Positions 6,312 through 14,440 of a stretch of 64,000 nucleotides of DNA are shown piece after piece. Source of the DNA: a virus. The stretch lies in IMG/VR virus record IMGVR_UViG_3300013102_000007, positions 1 to 64,000 of that record. The stretch is one strand, 5' to 3'. Positions within the stretch are counted from its first letter, which is position 1. Every line of letters starts with the position of its first letter. The notes under the pieces were generated by a model. That model did not search any database, was not told the DNA's origin, and saw only the letters and a program-made list of their open reading frames with translations. Made by a program: the position numbers and the translations under genes.

Positions 6312-7508
6312 ATGAAAAATATTAAAATCTATGGTGATGCTATATCGGCTAACCTTTACCTAATCACAGACTTTTTAAAACGAAGCTCTATACAATTTAG
6401 TTGGGTTAGTTCTCTAACAAATACTAATGCTATTCGCTTTGAAGATGGAACTATCATATATAACCCTACAGTTAACGAAGTAGCAGATAAATTGGGATGG
6501 GTAGCAGAGCCAAAATGTACTGAATATGATGTATCTATTTTTGGCGGTGGTGTAGCTGGTTTAAGTGCAGCTGTTTACGCAGCATCTGAGGGTTTAAGAA
6601 CGGTAATAGTTGAACGTGAAACAATAGGGGGACAGGCCGGAACAAGTTCTTTAATCGAAAATTATTTAGGTTTTCCAAAAGGTATTTCGGGCGCTGAACT
6701 GGCTTTAAGGGCAAGGGAACAGGCTTTAAAATTTGGAGTTGAAATTCTATTACTAAAAGAAGGTATTAAAGGAGTTTCTAAAGATAATAATATTAACATT
6801 CAATTAGCTACAGGTGAAACAATAACCTCTAAAACTACAATCTGTGCTACAGGTGTAGAATACGCAAAATTGAACTTAGCAAACGAAAACAAGTACCTTA
6901 ATAAAGGTTTGTATTATGGTGCTGGTGCAAGTGAAGCTCCATTTTGTAAACACAAAGATGTTTATGTTGTTGGAGGTGGTAATTCAGCAGGTCAGGCCGC
7001 TGTCTACTTTTCTAAATTTGCTAAACGTGTCTACATGGTAATTCGAAAAGGAAATTTATCTGAAACTATGTCAGATTATTTAGTAAAACATATTTCAACT
7101 ATCACAAACATTTCAATACTATATAATTCAGAGGTTACAGACCTTAGCGGTAAAAAAGGTTTAGAAGCTATTAAAATATTTAATAGCAAAACTAATCAAA
7201 CCGACTTTTTTAAAACATCTAAATTATTTGTGTGTATAGGTGGAAAACCAAATACAGATTGGGCTAAAGATACTGCAATTTGCAGGGATCGTAACGGCTA
7301 TCTTTACACTGGAAACGATTTAATAGAATTAGACCAGTATAAGGAATGTTGGAAACATGACAGACAGCCTTTTCATTTAGAAACTAGTGTTGCAGGTGTG
7401 TTTGCCGCTGGTGATGTTAGATTTAATTCTGTAAAAAGAGTAGCTTCAGCAGTAGGCGAAGGGGCTATGGCAGTAACACAAATACATCAATATTTATCAA
7501 AATTGTAA
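6312..7508 (+). CDS. thioredoxin-reductase-like FAD/NAD(P)H oxidoreductase lacking the redox CxxC, with N-terminal extension
   Basis: FAD Rossmann GGGVAGLSAAVYAA, second dinucleotide site VVGGGNSAGQAA, C-terminal GVFAAGDV. The position of the TrxB CATC site reads YGAGASEA. Confidence 0.8.
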   Translation: MKNIKIYGDAISANLYLITDFLKRSSIQFSWVSSLTNTNAIRFEDGTIIYNPTVNEVADKLGWVAEPKCTEYDVSIFGGGVAGLSAAVYAASEGLRTVIVERETIGGQAGTSSLIENYLGFPKGISGAELALRAREQALKFGVEILLLKEGIKGVSKDNNINIQLATGETITSKTTICATGVEYAKLNLANENKYLNKGLYYGAGASEAPFCKHKDVYVVGGGNSAGQAAVYFSKFAKRVYMVIRKGNLSETMSDYLVKHISTITNISILYNSEVTDLSGKKGLEAIKIFNSKTNQTDFFKTSKLFVCIGGKPNTDWAKDTAICRDRNGYLYTGNDLIELDQYKECWKHDRQPFHLETSVAGVFAAGDVRFNSVKRVASAVGEGAMAVTQIHQYLSKL

Positions 7509-7514
7509 AAAACA

Positions 7515-7545
7515 TTTGCATAAGCAAATAATTTATTTATCTTAG
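7515..7545 (+). promoter_or_regulatory. promoter candidate TTTG-N19-TATCTTAG
   Basis: TTTG 7515-7518, 19-nt spacer, TATCTTAG 7538-7545, 24 nt upstream of ATG 7569. Confidence 0.5.
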
Positions 7546-7568
7546 CATTATATTTAAAAACTAAAATT

Positions 7569-7991
7569 ATGAATGTACAGGAAATTATTAAAAGAGCTAC
7601 TGCAAATGGTGGTGGCCTAACGTTTAAAGCTGATTACAGTGCGCCTAAATCTGGCTATATGGTAGCCTTAACAGGTGGTTTGGTTTGTAAAGAGTCAGAA
7701 CTTGAAAAGGTTATGTTTAGGTATTTACATGACCATCATCACATTACAACAGGTGAAAATTATTACTTTGGTTTATGGTTAAAAGATGGTGTTGCTTACT
7801 TAGATGTTAGTCAAAACATTCAGGATAAAGAATACGCTGTGTTTCAAGGTATAGCCCGTGGACAAAAGAGCATTTACCATATTGATAGCAATAAAATTAT
7901 TGATCTACCGACCGGACAAAAAACCGGAACTACAGAACAACAACTATCATACGCTCGTCAAAAAGCTGAACAAATATTTCAAACTCTATAG
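7569..7991 (+). CDS. hypothetical protein
   Basis: 140-aa ORF downstream of a promoter candidate. Confidence 0.65.
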   Translation: MNVQEIIKRATANGGGLTFKADYSAPKSGYMVALTGGLVCKESELEKVMFRYLHDHHHITTGENYYFGLWLKDGVAYLDVSQNIQDKEYAVFQGIARGQKSIYHIDSNKIIDLPTGQKTGTTEQQLSYARQKAEQIFQTL

Positions 7992-8037
7992 CCATGCAAC
8001 TATTATTATTAATCCTAGTGCGCTGTGCCTGTGTGGC

Positions 8038-8205
8038 ATGGTGTGCTTTAATTTTATCTTTCTTATGAAAAAGCTAAGCCCAAAATTTTATCTTATGCTT
8101 AGGAAGCTATTAATTATAGACCTTCTTTTGCAAATACCTCAGATGATAATTATTATAGCATTAATGTTTGCTATGTTATTAGGTCATTTTATTTACATTC
8201 GTTAA
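8038..8205 (+). CDS. possible small membrane protein
   Basis: In-frame ATG within track ORF 7858-8205, lying after the end of 7569-7991. Very hydrophobic product. Start uncertain. Confidence 0.3.
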   Translation: MVCFNFIFLMKKLSPKFYLMLRKLLIIDLLLQIPQMIIIIALMFAMLLGHFIYIR

Positions 8206-8223
8206 CCTTTAAAATTTAAAGTC

Positions 8224-8862
8224 ATGTTACAACTAACAAACTCAACAGACACATTAAAATTTGTAGCCTTTATTCAAGAGGCAATGAACTACGTTAGCTA
8301 TTTAACTCCTACTAAAATAAATTCAGGTGGGTGTGGTATTTTTGCCAGAGCGTTACATAAACTATTATCAGATAATAATATTGAGTCTGAAATTATAGCT
8401 TTATACTTTGATGAAAAAAGTGATAAGGCAGAGAAAAATTTAATAGATTACGTAAATAATAACAATAAAAAAGTATTGAGTGAAGCTGGTGCCGATCACA
8501 TAGTTTTAAAAGTTAATGAAATTTATGTAGATTCTACAGGTTTAGTAAATATGGCCGCTTTAATGAGTAGAAATACTGTTAAGTTAACATTAGATCAACT
8601 AAACGACATAATTGATAAAGGTGAATGGAATGAAGTATTTGATAGGGAACAAGAACCTTTTATAATTGAAAAATTACAGGAAGTTTTTAATAACTACGAA
8701 AATTATCATTTCGGTTTGTATATTAACAAACAATTAGCAGAAAGAAAAATCAGATTGTCCGATCATACTATTAAAACCGCTAAACGTTTACAAAGGGAAG
8801 CCATGAGTAGTATGTTTGGGTTTTCAGGTAATATAAATAACAACAATAATAGTCCATTTTAA
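8224..8862 (+). CDS. hypothetical protein
   Basis: 212-aa ORF with an Asn-rich C-terminus. Confidence 0.65.
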   Translation: MLQLTNSTDTLKFVAFIQEAMNYVSYLTPTKINSGGCGIFARALHKLLSDNNIESEIIALYFDEKSDKAEKNLIDYVNNNNKKVLSEAGADHIVLKVNEIYVDSTGLVNMAALMSRNTVKLTLDQLNDIIDKGEWNEVFDREQEPFIIEKLQEVFNNYENYHFGLYINKQLAERKIRLSDHTIKTAKRLQREAMSSMFGFSGNINNNNNSPF

Positions 8863-8888
8863 TTTTCACATTTTAACAAACTAACGTC

Positions 8889-9197
8889 ATGAGAAAGATT
8901 TTCATCGTAGCAATCTACAAACTATCATCGATTCAAAAAACAGTAATCGGTACATTATCAGAACATTTAGTAGGTGATAACCACACAGTTCACCACAAAA
9001 TTTGCACAGGTCTTATTATAGGATTTATGGGCGTACTTTTAAGTAAAACAGGGGATGGTGCTTGGCATGTAGTGTGCGATTGGGCTGGCTATGGTTTACA
9101 CGGTGTAGGTATGTTACCATTTGTTGAGCCAGTGGCAAAAGCCTATGCCAAACGAATTAACAAAATTGATAACAAAGGGGGTAATAGTGGAGACTAA
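8889..9197 (+). CDS. hypothetical membrane protein
   Basis: 102-aa ORF with hydrophobic segments. Confidence 0.55.
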   Translation: MRKIFIVAIYKLSSIQKTVIGTLSEHLVGDNHTVHHKICTGLIIGFMGVLLSKTGDGAWHVVCDWAGYGLHGVGMLPFVEPVAKAYAKRINKIDNKGGNSGD

Positions 9198-9342
9198 TCC
9201 AATTCAAAAACAGCGCACAAAAGAAAGTGTAGAAGTAAGAGGGGTATGCGCGGCCATTCAAGCAATGGCGTACCCCTCATTTGAAGACTTAAACAAACAG
9301 TTAAATATATTTGGTTATCACCTAGTTAAAAATGCAAAATAA
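9121..9342 (+). CDS. hypothetical protein (start uncertain)
   Basis: Track ORF overlapping the 3' end of 8889-9197. A GTG at 9187 would reduce the overlap to 11 nt. Confidence 0.4.
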   Translation: MLSQWQKPMPNELTKLITKGVIVETNPIQKQRTKESVEVRGVCAAIQAMAYPSFEDLNKQLNIFGYHLVKNAK

Positions 9343-9811
9343 GATGAAAAATTTCGGTTTAATTCCAGTTAAAAATTTTGGACAGGTTAGCGATTTGGTT
9401 TTCAGATCAGCACAACCTATTTACAATTATGAATATCAGTGGCTTAAAAATGTTGTAGGTATTGACTTAATTGTCAACCTACGTGCAGAGAAAGATAGGG
9501 ATGCAAAGTATGCTCCGGTGCATGGCATTGACAGTGTTACAATTCCTGTAAAGGATCATCAGGCACCAAGCTATGATAATGTAGAGGCTTTTAACCATGT
9601 TTTAATTAAAGCTATGGCAGAAAATAAAAAGGTACTCATACATTGTGAACATGGTCATGGTCGGACGTCTACATTTAGTGTTATAGCTAAAATTTTATCA
9701 GGTAGCACTTTTGATGAAGCTATTAATCAGGAAAAAGAAGAATTTAATTATACATTTAAATATCAGTCACAAATTGATTTTTTAAGTGATTACGCTAAAA
9801 CTATTAACTAA
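9332..9811 (+). CDS. dual-specificity / tyrosine protein phosphatase (Cys-X5-Arg)
   Basis: Signature HCEHGHGRTS (C-X5-R-T/S P-loop) with an upstream Asp candidate in VKDHQAP. Size is typical of DSP-fold phosphatases. Confidence 0.8.
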   Translation: MQNKMKNFGLIPVKNFGQVSDLVFRSAQPIYNYEYQWLKNVVGIDLIVNLRAEKDRDAKYAPVHGIDSVTIPVKDHQAPSYDNVEAFNHVLIKAMAENKKVLIHCEHGHGRTSTFSVIAKILSGSTFDEAINQEKEEFNYTFKYQSQIDFLSDYAKTIN

Positions 9812-10020
9812 TGAATAAGGATATTAAAAAATCTATTGTTAGGATTGTAGTAACAGTCCTAGCTTTAGTCGGTCTAAAAATCGCGGAACACAAAGTTGAA
9901 TTTGTAGAAATTGAACTATCATTAGCCATTTTGTTTTGTTGGGTATTGTTAGTTTGTTTTACATTGGTTTTAATAGCTGAGTATTTAAAATATTTGGAAG
10001 ATGAAAAAGAAAGAGATTAA
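9811..10020 (+). CDS. small membrane protein
   Basis: 69-aa ORF with two hydrophobic helices. ATG overlaps the previous stop. Confidence 0.55.
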   Translation: MNKDIKKSIVRIVVTVLALVGLKIAEHKVEFVEIELSLAILFCWVLLVCFTLVLIAEYLKYLEDEKERD

Positions 10021-10435
10021 AGTAATAAGGATAGCTCAACCTAATGGTGGTGAAGGTATATTTAATGCGACTTATAATAATTCCCCTTATGCAGAAGACA
10101 GAATTATATTAAATCACTCTAAAGCCAGAGAGATTTTAAAACGTCATGCAAGTTTTGATGGTTATGGAAAGAAAATATTTCCTAATTATTATTGGGATGA
10201 TGAGTTAAATAGTCAAATATCTGAAAGTGATTTAGAATCTTTAAAGTATCGTTTTGCATTCAATACAATAGAAAAAGTTAAAATTGGTTTTACAAAAGAC
10301 GAACTAAAAGAAGCCATTAATAGGCTAGGTTTTAGAGTTTACGAATATACTGTGGATGATTATTTTCAATCCTCATATCAGACTCTTTTTAGAAATCCTA
10401 TAAAAGAAGAGGATATAACAGAATTATTTATTTAA
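10001..10435 (+). CDS. hypothetical protein
   Basis: 144-aa ORF. Confidence 0.6.
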   Translation: MKKKEIKVIRIAQPNGGEGIFNATYNNSPYAEDRIILNHSKAREILKRHASFDGYGKKIFPNYYWDDELNSQISESDLESLKYRFAFNTIEKVKIGFTKDELKEAINRLGFRVYEYTVDDYFQSSYQTLFRNPIKEEDITELFI

Positions 10436-10446
10436 AAATTAAGAAA

Positions 10447-10713
10447 ATGAAAAATTTAAAATTAGAATTAAAAGTAGTGGATTTTCATGGAACACATTTC
10501 GAAGATAATTGTGATTGTGCAATTTCAAAGGCGATTAAAAGACAGCTTAAAGCTGAAGAAGTGTGTGAGTGTGTGGATAATGTAACAGTAGATGGTAAAC
10601 GTTTCACACATGAGTTTTACGGTTGTGATGAATTTAAAGAAGATCGATTAAAATCGGAATCTCTTTTAAATGACGAGACAGTAAGAATAATTAACCTCAT
10701 TAAACTATCATAA
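10447..10713 (+). CDS. hypothetical Cys-rich protein
   Basis: 88-aa ORF with CDC and CEC motifs. Confidence 0.6.
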   Translation: MKNLKLELKVVDFHGTHFEDNCDCAISKAIKRQLKAEEVCECVDNVTVDGKRFTHEFYGCDEFKEDRLKSESLLNDETVRIINLIKLS

Positions 10714-10715
10714 AA

Positions 10716-10934
10716 ATGTATTTAGACACAGAGATAAAGGGGCACAAATTAACGTGGGTAATGTGGTTAAGTATGTTTAAAGTTGGTGAAAAAAGAGAAG
10801 CCGACTACAATGACCGGAGTAAGCTTGCGGTGTCAATATCTAACAATTTCCATAAACATGGAATAGCAAAATTCAAAACCTACGTAGAAACCGTAGACAA
10901 AGTAAAACACTTATTTGTAGAACGTATAAATTAA
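10716..10934 (+). CDS. hypothetical protein
   Basis: 72-aa ORF. Confidence 0.6.
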   Translation: MYLDTEIKGHKLTWVMWLSMFKVGEKREADYNDRSKLAVSISNNFHKHGIAKFKTYVETVDKVKHLFVERIN

Positions 10935-10940
10935 AATAAA

Positions 10941-11336
10941 ATGAAAAAAGAAATATTTTTGGATGCAGTTAGAAAAGAAGCTAGTGCATTAAGAGAAAAT
11001 TTAACTGATTTAGAGAAATCAAAATTGGACATAAAAACTTTAGATGTTGGTAATCCAAGGTGTTGTATCTATGGACAAGCTACTGGTGATTGTCTTAGTC
11101 CTAGAGCTTTAGATTTAATGGATAAAGGTTGTATTTTTGGTATTGATGGTGGATTTCACACTAAAAATAACATCAAAAATGTAAAGTATTTTTCAGAAGA
11201 AAAAGGATATTTTAAAAATAAACGTGTTATGTATCTTGTAACTTCTCCAATTGAAAACTACATTACTTTCGAAGAAGCTAATAATGAGAATTTAATTTCC
11301 TACATTAAAGGAGAAACTAACACATTAGAATTATAA
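10941..11336 (+). CDS. hypothetical protein
   Basis: 131-aa ORF. Confidence 0.6.
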   Translation: MKKEIFLDAVRKEASALRENLTDLEKSKLDIKTLDVGNPRCCIYGQATGDCLSPRALDLMDKGCIFGIDGGFHTKNNIKNVKYFSEEKGYFKNKRVMYLVTSPIENYITFEEANNENLISYIKGETNTLEL

Positions 11337-11338
11337 AC

Positions 11339-11767
11339 ATGAAAAGTTTTAAAGAAAAAGTACAGTCAATGACTGGAAAAGAAATTGTAATGGCTATGGT
11401 TAATGGCCTACAAAAGGAATGGGTTAAAGTAGATATGAGTACATTTGGTGACTCAAACACAGATACTTGTTTTGGCTGTGCAGCAACGAATTCTATTTGT
11501 CAGATTGAAGGTTGTTTACCTTTTAATACAGAATCTATAGTAGATAGGGATAGGAGAGCAAGTGTGTTAAATGTAGATGAAGATTTCTTATCAGATTTTG
11601 AAAATGCCATTGATTTTTTAAGAAGGGGTGACGTTTATTTATATAATGCCAGAGCTCGTAGAATAGGTATTGCAGAACTCCCATCCACTTGTGATTTACC
11701 TGATTTAGTTACTAAAAAATACAAAAGACAATTACAAGCTTACATTGATTATGCAAACACTTTATAA
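11339..11767 (+). CDS. hypothetical protein
   Basis: 142-aa ORF. Confidence 0.6.
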   Translation: MKSFKEKVQSMTGKEIVMAMVNGLQKEWVKVDMSTFGDSNTDTCFGCAATNSICQIEGCLPFNTESIVDRDRRASVLNVDEDFLSDFENAIDFLRRGDVYLYNARARRIGIAELPSTCDLPDLVTKKYKRQLQAYIDYANTL

Positions 11768-11769
11768 AA

Positions 11770-12174
11770 ATGAGAAAACTAATTCAATCGGTTAAAGCTT
11801 TTATAGTATTAGCTTTTACCAAATTAAAACACTTTTACATTGATAGCACTGTAAAACACAAAGAGCCTGAACTATACAGTAAGGAATGGTTTATTCGTAA
11901 GTTTGAAGCTATTCCTGAAGAAGAAATTGGAAGTGGCTCAGTTCAAGAGCATTGTGCTTTATGGCATGTAGGTGTTAGAATTGATGATGTTGTAGTAAAT
12001 AAAACTGATGAGTCTACTGCCTTAATAAAACTATTTGGTGGTGAAAATGGGGATCAGTGGAAATATGTTTTTAATGTTAATGATGGTTTTAATGAAAATA
12101 GTTGCTTAGGATCAACTCCTAAAGAAAGAATTTTAAACAAACTTAAATATTTACCAGATGTACAAGCTACTTAA
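11770..12174 (+). CDS. hypothetical protein
   Basis: 134-aa ORF. Confidence 0.6.
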   Translation: MRKLIQSVKAFIVLAFTKLKHFYIDSTVKHKEPELYSKEWFIRKFEAIPEEEIGSGSVQEHCALWHVGVRIDDVVVNKTDESTALIKLFGGENGDQWKYVFNVNDGFNENSCLGSTPKERILNKLKYLPDVQAT

Positions 12175-12349
12175 TATAACATTCAAATTGGTGCTATTTC
12201 TTACATTGGGGATAGCACCCTTATTATACTATTACAAAATTGGTATACTGACAGAAAGTCATGCACTTACACTAAGTATTTATCACTTATTGATTGGTGT
12301 TATTCCTGCTTTAGCTTATAATTTACCTAAATTTAAAACTGATGGATAA
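12158..12349 (+). CDS. small membrane protein
   Basis: 63-aa hydrophobic ORF. Confidence 0.5.
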   Translation: MYKLLNITFKLVLFLTLGIAPLLYYYKIGILTESHALTLSIYHLLIGVIPALAYNLPKFKTDG

Positions 12350-12545
12350 TTTAATTCAAAGAGTGGTAGTTGTAGAAGCTTACATAAACCACTGTACCGG
12401 AACACAAATCACAATTAACACACAGCAATTTGTTGATGATCCTTCTAACATTGTTAAACTAAATATAGCATATAACTTTGCGGTTGAGTTTATGGCAAGA
12501 AACAATGGTGAGTATATGTTATATCCTTATCCTCCAACAGAATGA
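12342..12545 (+). CDS. hypothetical protein
   Basis: 67-aa ORF with overlapping start and stop. Confidence 0.55.
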   Translation: MDNLIQRVVVVEAYINHCTGTQITINTQQFVDDPSNIVKLNIAYNFAVEFMARNNGEYMLYPYPPTE

Positions 12546-12757
12546 GAACAGCTTTAAACATATTTATAACTATCATAATTACGTATACCGTAGTGCAGAT
12601 AGGTAAGCTTTATTCGTGGTACAATAGAGGTAAGACTAAGGGTTATACTTGGGCTTTAAATCGACACTACGTAATAGCTAAAAGAAAAGATGAGTTAACA
12701 CGCTATCTATTTTATATAATGGTAGCAATTATTTTATTAATTATAAATAACAATTAA
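12542..12757 (+). CDS. small membrane protein
   Basis: 71-aa ORF with N- and C-terminal TM helices. Confidence 0.5.
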   Translation: MRTALNIFITIIITYTVVQIGKLYSWYNRGKTKGYTWALNRHYVIAKRKDELTRYLFYIMVAIILLIINNN

Positions 12758-12758
12758 A

Positions 12759-13058
12759 ATGGATAACATAGTAAATGTAATTGAAATTGTAGAAGAGGGT
12801 AGTACTTTTACCCTAGAGTTTAGGGTATCTAATCCCCTACGTGTAAGTTATAAAGGAAAACACTGGCCTAAAACAACTCAGTGTCTTGTTTATGCTAATG
12901 GTCGTTTAATAGGTTTTAGTGAAGTGATTAAACATGTAAATGATATTGATAATCAAAAATTAGCTAATAAATTAGCAGCAAAAAAGGCTTTTGATGTAAC
13001 ATATCTTAAAAATTGGAAGTCATTGAGAACTAAATTTTGGAATAAAATTTTAAATTAA
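12759..13058 (+). CDS. hypothetical protein
   Basis: 99-aa ORF. Confidence 0.6.
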   Translation: MDNIVNVIEIVEEGSTFTLEFRVSNPLRVSYKGKHWPKTTQCLVYANGRLIGFSEVIKHVNDIDNQKLANKLAAKKAFDVTYLKNWKSLRTKFWNKILN

Positions 13059-13066
13059 ATAAAGTC

Positions 13067-13954
13067 ATGAAAAATAAAAATGAAATTTATGTAGAAATTA
13101 GTTCAAAAGCAGAGGCACAAGAATTAATAAAAATTTTAAAAGAAGCAAAAGAAGAAATTTTTAGTAGCTCAGATTTGAATGATGTTAATTTTAAAGATTG
13201 GCCTAGAATGGCATCCAAACATTATTCTGATGGAGAATGGGGTTTTTATGTAAATTTACGTGATAAAACAAAGGTAACTTTACACGAGTTAGCAGAAATT
13301 TTAGGTGTAATCAAAGAATTTAAAGTTGGAGATAAGGTTGAAATTGTTGATTTACCTGAAATAGGTAGTGAATTTGAAGGATTCTCTTTTACTTATTCTA
13401 CACATGTGGCTGATGACTTAAAAATTGGGGATATAGTAACAATAACTTCAATAGGTGATAATAAAAGTATCAGAGTTGATACTATAAGTGGTAACAATTG
13501 GGTATTATCTCCATCTAGTGTTAAATTAATTAATAAAATAGTTCAAGTTAATCCAACTGTTACTCGTGAAGCTTTAGCGGAAGTTTATCCTTTAGTTTGT
13601 TCAGAATGGCAAAGTTTAATATCTTTAGCCTTAAGTGAGAAAAAGAGTTTATTCTCTAACACAATTGAAGTAGTCCCTTTATTTTTAGAAAGAGCTTACA
13701 AAGAATGGCCTACCGGAGCACACTCTGAAGAGGTAAAAGCTTGGTTAGATAAGTATTTACCTAAGCCTAAAGTTGAGGTTGAGAAAACTATAACACTTTA
13801 CGGTGTAAGGAATACTAAAGAGGATACAACTTGGGCTACTACTTATAAAACTAGAGTTCTGGCTGAAGAAGCTATATATCGTAGACGTAGTACTCAATAC
13901 AAAGAATCATTAGAGATTGTTAAATTAACAGGAACTTATAAAACATTTGAATAA
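13067..13954 (+). CDS. hypothetical protein with MKKEEIYV-type N-terminal domain
   Basis: 295-aa ORF. The first ~80 aa (MKNKNEIYVEISSKAEAQELIKILKEAKEEIF...VTLHELAEILGV) are paralogous to the N-termini of 16546-17028, 20578-21156 and 63176-63427. Confidence 0.7.
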   Translation: MKNKNEIYVEISSKAEAQELIKILKEAKEEIFSSSDLNDVNFKDWPRMASKHYSDGEWGFYVNLRDKTKVTLHELAEILGVIKEFKVGDKVEIVDLPEIGSEFEGFSFTYSTHVADDLKIGDIVTITSIGDNKSIRVDTISGNNWVLSPSSVKLINKIVQVNPTVTREALAEVYPLVCSEWQSLISLALSEKKSLFSNTIEVVPLFLERAYKEWPTGAHSEEVKAWLDKYLPKPKVEVEKTITLYGVRNTKEDTTWATTYKTRVLAEEAIYRRRSTQYKESLEIVKLTGTYKTFE

Positions 13955-14154
13955 TGAATGTGAAAACAAAAGATTTAGTAGTCGGTACAAGGTACTGGTT
14001 AGATAAAATGAAAGATACTTCAGCCGTTTTTGTTAGGCATGATGTACACAACACTCAGGTGTTTAACAAACAAGAAGGTAAATGTGATTATCCTGAATGG
14101 GGTAAATGTATTTATTTTGAAAACAACAATCACGATTTTTATTCAATTGATTAG
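13954..14154 (+). CDS. hypothetical protein (TRYWLD..KD.S.V family)
   Basis: 66-aa ORF, tandem paralogue of the next gene and of 4867-5094. Confidence 0.6.
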   Translation: MNVKTKDLVVGTRYWLDKMKDTSAVFVRHDVHNTQVFNKQEGKCDYPEWGKCIYFENNNHDFYSID

Positions 14155-14156
14155 TT

Positions 14157-14363
14157 ATGAAGGTAGACGAGAATGATTTATTGATCGATACTAGGTATTG
14201 GTTAGACTACCAAAAAGATGTTAGTGGTGTCTACGATGGAAGAGACGACAGAGCTATATATTTTAAAGATATAGAAGGTAATAATCCTTATGCATTTGAT
14301 GAAGATGGTCGTGTACCATTTCCCATTTACTATGACAAACAACATAGTTTTTTAACACTTTAA
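14157..14363 (+). CDS. hypothetical protein (TRYWLD..KDVSGV family)
   Basis: 68-aa ORF, tandem paralogue. Confidence 0.6.
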   Translation: MKVDENDLLIDTRYWLDYQKDVSGVYDGRDDRAIYFKDIEGNNPYAFDEDGRVPFPIYYDKQHSFLTL

Positions 14364-14379
14364 TTTTTAATTGATAAGA

Positions 14380-14411
14380 GCCTCTAGCATTAAGTTGTTA
14401 GGGGCTTTTTT
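14380..14411 (+). terminator. rho-independent terminator
   Basis: GCCTCTA(14380-14386)/TAGGGGC(14399-14405) hairpin with one G.U, followed by TTTTTT. Confidence 0.7.
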
Positions 14412-14428
14412 ACGTCCTAACTTTTATG

Positions 14429-14436
14429 TATATTTG
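14429..14436 (+). promoter_or_regulatory. -7 box TATATTTG (TAnnTTTG)
   Basis: Perfect TAnnTTTG ending 5 nt before ATG 14441. No clear -33 TTTG. Confidence 0.4.
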
Positions 14437-14440
14437 CCTT

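Noticed and set aside
7858-8205. 115-aa ORF overlapping the 3' end of CDS 7569-7991.
   Set aside because: The first 45 codons overlap a better gene in another frame. Only the distal hydrophobic part (from ATG 8038) is kept, as a low-confidence candidate.
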